Shown here: one piece after another, positions 12,375-24,700 of the stretch
How positions within the stretch are numbered: the first letter of the stretch is position 1
How the letters are laid out: each line of letters begins with the position of its first letter
Assembly: GCA_000320545.1 (NCBI GenBank)
Contig: ADNK01001887.1
Span: 28,348 to 92,347, forward strand
Reading direction: 5' to 3'
Source: Bigelowiella natans CCMP2755
Taxonomy: Eukaryota > Protista > Cercozoa
Length of the DNA: 64,000 bases
Position numbers and translations under genes: made by a program
Notes under the pieces: generated by a model
Told to the model about the DNA's origin: nothing
The model's database searches: none
Seen by the model: only the letters and a program-made list of their open reading frames with translations

Positions 12375-15300
12375 ACGTCCATCACTCATCTCTCCTCTTC
12401 TTCTTCCTTCCTCCTGTTTGATGAGTTGTGTGTTGTTATTGTTGTTGCCACCACCACCACCACCACCACTACTACTACTACTCCTACTACCCATTGCCAA
12501 AATCTGAGGTAGGATTCGTAAGGCCAGCGCTTGTGACAATGCCGCCCCATACCTAATAGCATCATGGAGTTGTTACGTTTTCCTTAGGTGATTTCTATTT
12601 ATCAGTAATGACGCTGCTGCTAGCTGAATAATCAGAAATGGTAGTTTTTGTGGTGTTAAAGTGGTAGTAGTAGTAGCAGTAGCAGTACCGTGTCGTACAC
12701 CAAAGAGTTATCTGGTTTTGAGCCCGTGAGCCAAGGAATCATGGAAGTGTAGAGGTTGTCTAATGCCTTCTTCTGCGGCTCTGCAACGATCAAGAAGTAG
12801 GAGTGAATGGGATGATGATGATGATGATGGTGATTGGGTTTCTTCTTCTATAAGACTCTGCATCTCTCTACTACTTATCCTATCCTCTCTAAAACACACA
12901 CACACACAAACATACCTCAATACCAACAACAACAACCACCTGGCTCATTCAGCTCTTCTGCAATTAAAGCTAGCCTTGCCGTTCTACAAAATATAGCACC
13001 GTCATCTTCATCATCATCATCATCATCGCCACCATCGTCGTCATCATCATCAGCAGCAGGGGCATGAGTATCTATAGCTGTTCTTCCAATGATTGTTGTT
13101 GTCATCGAAAACTCAACCCTCAGCATACAGCCCCCCTCCCCCATGCCCACCCCCAGCTTCTGAATAATTTGGGTGACAATGGAAAAAGAAGGGAGGTCTA
13201 AACGAATCATTGTCGTACACACCGAGCAGCTTGCTTTGTGTAGTTGTAAACGTCCCAGGAATCCATCATGCCATATCTGAACACATAGATGATGAAGGGT
13301 GCGGCGAATATATCAGTCTTCACGACCGCACACATGCACGAATTCTTCTGCACATTGGAGGCAAAAGATTTGACAGCAACATAAAGAGATATAATGAGGG
13401 GGGCGGGGTGCTGCCTTACACGTCTCTTTTCAGGCTCTGCTTGATCGCTTCCTGAAGAGGGGCGGGGACAGTCTAACGAAAATACAAATGAGGGGGATGG
13501 GAACAGTAATGATAATGAGGATGAAGATGATGTGGATAATGCTTCTATTTTGAAGACAATGTCGCCGTACTCAAGACTGCTTAACATGTTTATTATGTAT
13601 CGATCTCATCAATTATGCACTATTCATGCCCTCCTACAACAACTACTACAACACTAACAACAACTACTACTACTACAACCCGATCGGCTCCCCACGTAGC
13701 TCTTGGCAGTCGCATCGTCATGTCCCAAACGTCCCCGACGACTCCATAAAGATTCCCCTTCATGCACTGGAATAGTCCATCAAAGCTTACTGGGACGCCG
13801 CGTCGCGCTGCAGAGTTTTGCGATCCGAGCGCGTCCATGTGGTGGCCTACTCCAAGCATCAGCAAACCGCCGTTGCCCTGCTGCATCAGCCCAAAAAGAA
13901 GAAGAAGAAGAAGAAGAACAACAACAACAGAGTAGGTGAGGAGGCGGAAGATGGGCTCTTCTAGATGGGGTCGCGAAATAAAATGACTGATTTGTCGAAT
14001 CAATAACTTACCGTTGAAGAGGCTGATGACGAGGAAGAAGAGGAGGAAGAGGAAGAGGAGGATGATGACGACGACGATGCCGCAGTTGGATATGATGACG
14101 CTGACGAAGAAGAGCTGCCCCCTGATCCCCCCATGGTATAGCCCATCTTTGTGCTGTAGAGACTCTCCTCGGTGGTGGCCACATCCTTTTCTCCATCTGC
14201 AGAATCAATCAACAGGTACAAGATTAAGTCATTGTAATTCCTTGACTAACACTCTACATCTGAGCATCTATCTGCTGCTAGTAAGTAGTCCCCTAAATAT
14301 TGAAAATATCGAGAAAAATGGGGCGGCGGAAGCAGCATCATCAGCAGGAAGTAGGACCGAGGGTTTTGGACTTAAAGCGGTACTGAAAGTTAGCCGTGTT
14401 GCCATCGCCACTGAGAGAGTATCCAAGAGTACCAGAAATAGGATATGTTTGCCAGTGCCTGTTTAGCACTTCGAATGCGGAGGGCTTCGGCACCTATGAT
14501 GACAGGAGAAGTTACTGAGTGAGAGCAGCAGCAGCAGCAGCAGCAGAGGAGATGCATACAATAAAAACCATTTGAGTAGTGGTGTTAATAGGGTGCTGGC
14601 CGACCGCAGCAACGCGTATGACGCCAATGTATCCAGAGCGACCAATGATCTGTGCTTTAGGCCCTCCCTTCATTCCTGGATTTTTAACGCTCCACTGTAT
14701 TGCGGGGCTGGACCAAATCGCCCATTGCTCTCCAGTTTGGTAGGTCAGCTTAATGTAGTTAGGCCCTTTCTCAAAGCCCTTGACTTGGTCGTAGGACCAA
14801 AGGAGCGGTTTAAGCTCCGACTCAGTACCGTCGTCAGAGTCTTTGAACTCCACAGTGATGAAGGGGGAACCCCGCACAAGATATGTATCGTAGCGACCAT
14901 TGCTCATTGTCGTCTTCACATTCACAGACAGTGTGTCATAGTCTGCGATTTCGAACCCTTCGTAGTCACCGTTCTGACCTGCAAGAGAGGCAGTAGAGGG
15001 GGAAATTTAGAGGAAACAAGAATATAAATAAATTTTTGAACATACTCGAAACGACGACTTGAGCCGAGAACAGCTGGAGAATTTTGTCCTTGCTCTTTGT
15101 CGTAAGGCCCTTCGTCTGTGGATAACATATCTGCACCCCATCTTTACTAGGAACTACTGTATATGGTTGAGGTGCAACTGCTCGGACAGGGTCCAGCACA
15201 AGGTTTAGCCACCACGCCTGATAAAATCGCAGAAATGCGTCACAAACAGAATTTAAGTAAGACCATATCTCAAAAAGACTTCTGATCGGGGGGGGGAACT

Positions 15301-15934
15301 TGGCTTTCGAAAGGAAAACATATTTCACGGATGGTTATGTGGACCCCAGTCGGAAGAGGCTGCTCTGTGGAGATATATTTGCCCCAAACTGTCGACGGTC
15401 GAATCGAATGTGCTGCGACATGGAAATCTGCCTCTGACTGCGCAGAAGCCAGCAAGGATGTATTGGTGCCTGGAGGAGTATCAGGAGTTCCTACAAATTC
15501 TGTGGTGGTTTTGCTCGCGAGGGTGTTGCTTGAATGCGGAAGCGCCATTCCCACGACTATGACAAGGACGCATGTGACCAGACCTGTGAAAATAGTTAGT
15601 TTGGTTACCCGTATTATGTAGGAAAGAGTCGATTTAACTTTTGGTACGGAGTAATTTGAATTACAGTCCTTGGTTTTCGTTTTTGTTCACAGTAACTTCC
15701 ATTCACATGCGACACACATTGCTGAATCTTCATTACTCATATACCGGTTGCAGCCAACGCTTTGATTCTTCGACGGCTGCGCAAGGAATTATCCCCCCCC
15801 AAGCCAAGAGCATTGCTTAAACCCTCCGCATTAAGTAAACCAGTTCTTTCATTCTGGATCCTTGGAGTGTCCTCAATCCCACCCTCCAAATGAGGAAGAG
15901 AGCCATAGGAGTCTCGAGGGCTCGACGACTCCAT
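8285..15934 (-). CDS. Glycoside hydrolase family 81 endo-1,3(4)-beta-glucanase, type II membrane-anchored, with a C-terminal Cys-rich module and Pro/Thr-rich tail
   Basis: GH81 motifs occur across exons: YLVRGSPFITVEF (~14880), WYNDHHFQYGYLIYAAAV (12070-12125), DFHSWASGLF..DDSKSQESSSEAV (11250-11330), NAYYSVALLG..AAQRYWHM (10890-11010), TWFGDLPEYIHCVNMMPFTP (10620-10685), LDNGLSLTNALW (~10085-10120). Exon 1 is MESSSPRDSYGSL...ALAATG, joined to LVTCVLVIVVGMAL (ATG 15934). The last exon and the stop at 8285 are less certain. Confidence 0.93.
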
Positions 15935-17522
15935 TCTTCTTATACTTAGTTTTTGGGGAATGTGTAAGATTTCCCTAAATCTTCGAAAGAGAATGTCACA
16001 TAATGAAATTGGGACAACTATTACATACGACAATAGAATATATCATTTTATGAGAAATTACAATCGTTCCACAAACAACTCTGCCCAACGATGAGTCTAA
16101 TATATTGAATGTTTGCCCTAATTCCAGATTACTCAGGAGGATTTGTCTATTTAAAGATTTAAAAATGCTGTGAATTATGCTAAATGATTATATGAAAACA
16201 ATGTCGCAGAGACATAAAAAGAGATCAACAAGTTGCAGGTGAGACTTTATCTTACTAAAAGATCAATAATTCGATTTGTAAAAATCACCTGTATTATACT
16301 ATATTTTATCGAGTCCCCTGGCATCCCCAAAGAGAAGTCGTACATAGAAGTCTGAATCTCCAGACAACTAGTTCTTCCGGTACGCTGGAGGTCGAAGTGA
16401 AATATAGCACAAATAGATATAACGTCACATACTCAGAAGCTCATTTATATGGGGATTTATGCTCCGAAAAAATATTAAAAATCCAAATGTTGTAATTGAC
16501 GACGCAATCGGCACTATTTCCCCCGACAAACTGTCCATCCGAAATTAGCCGAAACCTGGGCGATTCTGTGAATACTGTATTGTTTAACTCCTAGTCCAGG
16601 GTCCCCTTTGTAACCATCCACTTCTCGTCGTCGACGAGCTTTCTTTTCTTCTTAATCAACGAATGGAATCGATTTGCATAACTGATTAGCTTTTCACTCA
16701 TGTCGCAGATTGAGCTGAGAAAAAATACATGTGAATTAAAAAAAAATAGCCGGTTACTATGTTTGATGGGGAATGATCTATGTGAAAAACTCCTAAAATA
16801 AGTTTAAATTACATCGAAGATATTTCCTCAATGATATCTGTGCTTTTATTTACAATATTCCGACAAGATAATTTCTACCATGAAATTGCCAGATTAATCG
16901 GAAAAGAACATACGAGGAATATCTACCAAGGGGGACAAAGAAGTCTCTTCGGAAAAGTCGGAAAATTCGCGGGAATTGCTCAAATACAAAGCACAGTTGC
17001 AATAATTAGTATGAACGCAGGGGATTTCCCATCTGCGGGATTGTTTTTGGGCAACCTTCGTTTAAATCTGAGAAAGAGCCGAATAATATGATGAGAAAGA
17101 AGCTCAAGGCTACAGAAGGTTTGTGTCGGAAATAGATATGATTTATATCGAACGACAACTATGTCTTCATGTCTTCGCATTAAATTATATTGAACTTTTA
17201 GCCCCGCCCAACTTCTTCCGCCCCCCTTTTTTATCTACCGAATCAAATAGATCGGCTACCCCGCTGGAAGCTCATTAAGGAAGGTCACGGTGTGATATAT
17301 GTAAAAATAGGGAAGTAAAGAAGGTTCAAGAATGTTGATAGAATGAGTGGGGAGAGAGGCTCTTTCTTTCAGCATCCGTTGATGGAAAAGCATACAGCGG
17401 CGGGAATTATGCTCCCGTCGCATGTATAAATTTCAATCCCCTAGCTTCTCTGACTGCCTTGGGACTCTGAACTCATTACTTTGACCCTTCGGTGTATATA
17501 ACTAGGATTTAAATGATGTGAT
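15935..17522. promoter_or_regulatory. Divergent intergenic region (putative bidirectional promoter) between GH81 and Piezo
   Basis: AT-rich, microsatellite-free interval between head-to-head genes. Confidence 0.4.
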
Positions 17523-19162
17523 ATGGCATTCACGACGGTAGCATTGGCTTTGGCCATCCTCCTTCGGCCGAGCGTTCCGGCTTGGTTCTACGCAAGCTTT
17601 TTGCTCCTGCCCTTCCTACTTGGAACACACAATGACAACCTATTGTCGAAGGGGACGAGGTCAATTTTGGCGGTGGTGGCGATGCTCACCATGGCAGGGT
17701 ATGCTGCGGTAATTGTTTCGACGGAAGTGGATGTGTTCGAAGCCACGCCTTGGTGGCTAAGAGCCATCATGGAGGACACAGGTATTAATACAGAGAAGTG
17801 TCAGTGAAGGATCCTGAACTCCCCTGCTCCAATCTTCATCATATCCAATTATGCTCACCATTGCACACATCATTCTCACTCTTTCCCCATTGTTTCACTT
17901 TGACAACTCTCAGAAGGTAAAGCAAGTCGGAGGATATCTCGTTGGAATTTGTCAGTGCTAACACTGCCTGAGTGTTTCATTCTTCTGGGGATGGCATGCG
18001 ACATTTGTGCTCAAAGGTGACATAAATGCAGCTCCACATTTGCCATCCGCTCAGCCTCCGAAAAGAGACCATCTAACTCCCCGTGGTTATTCTCTCTCAG
18101 GGCGTGGTGCATTAGATCCCCATTCGGCAATAGATGCACCATAGCTTCCGCTTTGTGGCCTGTGTCGGTCATAGACCAGTTTTCCCAAGGATTGCAACTC
18201 CTCCTGCTCCTAGTCCTACAACTCGTATTCCCGTCCCCGTTTGGCATTCCTCATTGGGGCACATGCATCACAATGCTGTGGAAATGTGCTGTGATTGCAG
18301 TAGGATGGGACGTTCCACGACATCAACAACTACACAGAGGGGGCGATCGTTCTATCTCATTAGCTGCATGGGAACGAATGCTCGGCAATTGGTTCGCGTA
18401 CGTGCATATCATGGCCCTACAGGTTTTGTCGTCACAGATTCAGTCAGAGCCTCAGGACTTTCAACTCACTAAATATGATGTTGTTACATTGTTACCCAGG
18501 TGTTGTGCGCCCAACGTAGCGTCTTTGCGAAGTTCCCCGTCCTGCACTGGGTCTTCGGATTTGATGACGATTTTGTCGCCGCAGCTCAGATTCAGACTCT
18601 GCTTCTGACAGTCTTTGTGATGTGCTCCTCCTCCACCTCGTCGAAGCAAACAACACCAGCCCCCAGCCGTCGCTACACGCGCCTGAGCTCCACGATTTTG
18701 ACGACGCATCAGTTGAATTCAATGGAAATACCATTGCTTTCTCCGTTGTTGTCTTCGTCACAATCATTGATAATGCCACAACAGATACGAACCACGAGCT
18801 CGGAACTACTTGTCGCATCGGCAGGGTTCATTCTCGCACTAACTCTGCCTTCCGTCATTGGTGTTGCCCTCGCTGCTGCGTCCTTGCTCCTTGCTGGCTG
18901 CTCAGCTTCGAGGATTCACCCAAGATATCAGTCCATATATCACCCTGAGAAGAATCAGGGACGACAGCAGCAGCAGCAGCAGCAGCAGCATCGTCGCCGC
19001 CAAAGTAAAAGCAAGGATCAGGACATGGAAAGAGACGGTGATGATGATAATGATGATGATCATGATCATGATGCCAAAGAGGAAGTGTTGGTGGTGATGC
19101 CTAAGAAGCAGAACGAGAAGAAGGAGAAGAAGAACGGGAAGGAATTCGATGATAGTAGATCA

Positions 19163-19193
<31 letters not shown>

Positions 19194-19876
19194 AGTACGG
19201 AGCTTTGGAGCGAGAGGTGCGGTTATCAGGGACGGCGAAATATAATGATATCATTTGCCTCAAATCGCGGAGGAGGAAACAGGAAAATGACCAGCAGTCG
19301 CAACTCTTCTTCCCTTTACGGCGCCTCAGTAATTATACACGTCGTATCCGCCTCGTCGTCGTGGGGCTAGCAATGCTACTGCTGATGGCACACTCTGTCT
19401 TATCTGCGTTCTTTGTCGTTGCCCCTTCGGCAGCCATTTCGATCAAGACTCCATACGGCCTAAGGGCGATCTCAGGAAGCATATCCAGGGACTTTTGGTA
19501 TATATCTTGCACACAGATCGTGCTTCTCATGGTCGCCCTCCGTCCCCCCCCCCTCTATTACTTGACGTACGGCCCTTTCTCCCGGAAGATTACCGCTCGA
19601 TTTGTCCATTTCACTGCAGCTGCACTCACGGTAGTAGTACGCTATCATTCTGAGAATCAAATGAATGGGGGGGAGGAAACAGCATTGTCACAGAAAGAGA
19701 AATGGGGGGAGAGTAGTAATAACAAGCAGTCGAATCATAGCGTAGCTATCCTCTAGATTATGCTGATCTTGCCTAAATTGCAAGAAGACAAGCACTTACA
19801 TTTGTTGCTGGTGCTGTTGTACTGAAACTGCAGTAATCATGAAAGCTGCTCGGTTAATTGACTGTTAGCAGTCATG

Positions 19877-19922
<46 letters not shown>

Positions 19923-20139
19923 ACAACTTGCTCTATCGTTCATATCAGCTTATGTGGAGTTCTTGCCATCCTGGAACCTTTGGGCCTTGCCTCATAACCA
20001 TATTCATACTCGCCCGGATTGCTTCTACAGAGAAGAACGGGGCGATGTTTTGGCTGCTTTCTGCGGCCACCACAAGCCTAGTCTTGCTATACACACAGTA
20101 GGGATATGTGAGGGGTGGTGGTGGCAGTGATTGTTTCTG

Positions 20140-20173
<34 letters not shown>

Positions 20174-21234
20174 TGTGTGTGATTGTGTGTGTGTGTGTAT
20201 GTGTGTGATAATTGTCGTCATCGCCATCGTCGTTCTGTGTTTGCTGAGAAGAGAGAAGGAATCGACATAATTCAATAGCACCCATCTTAATAATACTTAA
20301 TGCTGTGACATATTTCTCTCCAATGGCAGATACGTCTGGGTCGTGCTGTCAAGGACGATGGGGTTATTTGACTGGACACCCGGCATCATAACAACGCTAG
20401 GCATTGATTTACTGCTACGGATTCCGAGCAGAATTCAGCCTCTCGAATCGTTCCTGCAGTACCCCGTAGCACTCTTAGAGCTAGGTTATCACCGCAACAT
20501 ATCATCCTCACTGTTCCACTGAACCGAAGTATTATTTCACATTAATCTAGAGTCCACTCAATTTTCTCAAACAGTTTCCCCCACTTTATCACTCTTTTTC
20601 ATATTTTCCCTCTCTGATGATGCGGCTGCTGGGATTGATTGCCCTCGTTTCCTTTGTTCTGTAGCACCGCCCAAATTTGAGTGAGAGGTGTAATATTGCA
20701 AATTTGCAGCAGCAGCAGGGTGACTCGTATCAATAAAATTTTGACACGCCACCATCCCATCCATCAGGTACGTGCATCATTCTGTGCTTGGGGTGTCAGC
20801 TACGGTGCTGCGATGATGATGATGATGATGATGATGGCCCAACCAGCAGTATCGATGCCATAATAACAAAGAGGAGCGGTCGCCATAACAGCAACGAGAA
20901 GGCAACTGCACGTCTAGGGACGAGCCTAGACAACAAACACTCAAGAGACTTACCATACTACTATTCTCGGGATGGTGACGATAATGATGCAGGCGGGGTA
21001 GAGCGTCCTGACCAGAGGCGAAAGCCAATCGCCCGCGGTCTCTTCGCACGTTTATGGGGGTAAGAGGCATGGAAAACAAGAGGAGGAGGAGGAGGAAGAA
21101 GAAGAAGAAGAAGAAGAACAAATTTATGGCTAGTGATATGATGATGATGATGATCATGATGATGACACACCAAAATAGAAGACAACCACCACGAATGATT
21201 ATCGACGTCATCAATATAATGGCATTTTATGTAC

Positions 21235-21266
<32 letters not shown>

Positions 21267-21744
21267 CGTATCCGTTGGAAGATATTTGTGTCAAAGTAAA
21301 AGCAGCAGCATCTCCGACAAAGGAATTCGTCAAAAGCTGTGCGTGGTGATGAGCATGGTGCTTTCAAAAGGACCCATTTCGCACACGGCAAAGATGTGGT
21401 GCGAGGCAATGGCATGGTAATGAAAAAGGGTTAGCACGACGATGATGATAATGAAGAGGAGGGGAGGAGGCGGAGAAGGAGGAGAGTGCTGCTGCTGCTA
21501 CTCCTCTTTGCGAAGAATGTGTTGCTCCGATCTAGACATATACGCACGTTTTGCCACCGTTATCATGAATAGTATCCAGAAATGGGTCGGAAGATAGTCT
21601 CAATGCAATACCAATGATTTTTGGGATACCTCGCCATGTGTGTTCCAACTGATAACAAAAGGGAGGGGAGGAAATGAATTCAAAGCAGAAAAACACAACA
21701 AAACATTGGGTTTGAAAGGGGGGAACAAATATATGTGATTGCGG

Positions 21745-21779
<35 letters not shown>

Positions 21780-24700
21780 TCACTACTACTTCTACTAATA
21801 CTAGTGCTACTACGATTGCTGGTGATCAGGTTCTTCATCGTATGCTTCCACCTGTCATGTACGGCTGGACCTGTCCTGTCTTTGGGCTGTCAGCTGCTGC
21901 TCTACTATCCTGCTATCTTATTCCGCCGCAAACCACACAATACTACTACTACTACTACTTCTACTGCTGCTGCTGCTGCTGCTGCTGCTCGTGCCACCTC
22001 CTCTTCACCATCGGAAGTCACAGTCGACACCTTTGCCATGGCATGGGGCTCTGTTGCTGCGGTTGTGTGGGGTTTCCGAGTCGCAATACGCCATTGCCTG
22101 GGAAATGAGGTAGTTATAGTAGTAGCAGTATATTCAAGTATGCGAAGAACAAGATGATGATGATGACGATGATGATGGTGGTGGTGACAATGATGATGAT
22201 ACTGGTTTGTCACCTGCTATTATTATTCTCCAGCCGAGCTTGAAGCTGAGCACTCCCACGTTGGGTACCAGTGGGCGGCTAGTGGAGGACGTCAAAGACG
22301 TGGCGCTCTTGTACGTCCTCGTCCGAATGATACGGCGCCTTGCCGAGCCCCCGCCGAAGGCCTCAACCTTCCCACCAATCTTGAGTCATCATCATCGCCC
22401 TCATCGTGTGAGGGGGAAGAGTAGTAAATGGGACATCTTGATGAATGAGCAGTCCAATGATGATGGGAACAATGAAATCTATGCTAGCGGGGGGGGAGGA
22501 GGAGGAAGCGCTGGTATTTCCAGGGACGCAAGCCAAGTCTCGATGATGGTCAGTTAGTTGTATAGTATAGTAAAGCAAGTAGATATAGAGCAAGAAGCAG
22601 CAGCAGCGATTGCAGCTAAGGATGCTGCTACTGCTGCTGGTGCTACTACATTAATTGCAGAAGGCTGTCAATGTACATGCTGACATATACTACAACAAAA
22701 CATGTGTAACCCCCCTCCCCACTGATGAATGACCTTTCAGGCGGCGATCGGCAGCTCTCAACTCAAGTACAAGAAATCACCGGAGTCGCCGCGTAGATTG
22801 ATTCTTGATGATGGCTACTCGGATGCGCCTACTGCCGTTGCTGGTAAGGATGCGAATAATGGGGTGAGAAGAAGGAGGAGAAGAAGAAGAGGAAGAGATA
22901 ATGATGATGGGCATGAGCAGCGAGATCAAGGCGCTGGCAGAGGCACAAACGCTGGTAATACTACCACTACTAGTAGTACCTCGGATGAGGTCAATCCCTT
23001 GGTTTTTGCTGCTGCTGTGGACGATTCAACCCGTATAGACACCCCTCCAGTCACCCCTCCGAGGAGATTCCTGCGCAATAACAACGACGACAATGGCAAC
23101 GCTAGTCATCATCCTCAAAACCGCCGAGTAGTCGGTAAAACAATCAGCTTTGATTTCGATGAAAAAGAAGAAGATGATAATGATGAAGCGGGTGGTGAGA
23201 TGAGGGGAGGCAATGTGGCAAAATCGATGGGAGGCACTACTACCAACAAGACGACAACGGGAGATACAACAGCGGCAGCCACATGGCTATACTCTCTCTT
23301 CTCCCCGTCTGAACGAGCGGTTCTCTCCTCGATCTTCACCGCCGCAAATGTGCTGATATTCTGGGCCCTGGCACTGTGTTTGGTCGTCGCGGCTTGTGAC
23401 GGGGAGGCATCAGTGCTCCGTGCAGGTTACGTGGGGCTGCTGGGGGGGCTGTTGGCTTTCCAAAACAGCCAGCACTACTACTACATCGTCGTTCTGGTGA
23501 CCGTATTCTTCGTCGCGACCGATATATCTCTAACCTTTGCACTCGGCATGCTTGAGTCAGGAGTGCCCGGGTGGTTCATCACCGCTACTGCTGCCGCCGC
23601 TGCTGCAGAGCCATCTCCCGTATTATCCCCGTCATCCTACTATTATTACTATTACACGGGAGGAGGACGACGAGGGGGAGAAGAACACCAGCAGCTCTTC
23701 TTTGGAGTGTCGGCCATGATGTGGGTCTACGTCCTCAGTATCCTCAAGCTGCAGCTAGCACATTGGCATTGCCAGGCGAAGAAGGCAGCAGCAGCAGCAG
23801 CAGCAGCAGCAGCTGCCACAATGGTGGAACCACCTAAAGAGCAGCAACAACATCGACAAAAACAGCCGAACGACCGAAAGCCAACAGAATCGATGCTTCC
23901 CCTCCCCTCAAGTAGTAGGAGTAGTACGCGGTACTTGTCTCTACGGTGGATCCGTGAAAGGGCTTGGCAGGGCGACTTTGTGGAGCTTGCATGCTTGACG
24001 ATAATGACAACCGTATTTCTCAGAGAGCGATCCAGCTTGCTGTCCTTCCTCGACCTTGCAGCGGCCTCAATGCCCCTCTACATGCCGACTCCTTGGATAA
24101 GAAAGGCCTGGCCCTGGTGCACGCTCTACTGCGTTTTGGGCGCCGTCCTGCACTCGATTCTCAACTCTGTCGAGCTGGTCCTCGCAATCCAAGGAGGGGG
24201 GGGGGGGGCACAACAAGTGCCCTCCAATCCCAATAGTAGTAGTAGTAGTAGTAGTAGCAGTCCAACAGTGTTGATGCTGCTGCCGAGGTGGGTGAGCACG
24301 GTGTTCGGCACACAAGCGCCAGGTCTTTGGGAGATACTCGCTATTACGATCTTCTGCCTGCAGCAATGCGCATTTTGGTCAAAGCCACACGATGCTGCTG
24401 CTGATGATGATGCTGATGCTGCCGATGATGATGCTGGCCATCACGGCGAACAGCAGCAGCAGCAGCAGTTCCGTAGACGCACGTCCTCAACAACACCATC
24501 TGTGCTTCACGGTGCCAGCACTTTTAGCGGTTATAATAATAACCGCCCTGCTCCATCACCAGCTGCAGCAGCAGCAGCGGCCACGGTAGTAGCATATCCA
24601 TCATCATCATCATTCGAGGAAAAGAAAGGCCGGGCCACGCCTCCACCACCGTCGTCATTCCCTCCAGTGAATAGCAGCAGCTTTCATCACCAGCAGCCCA

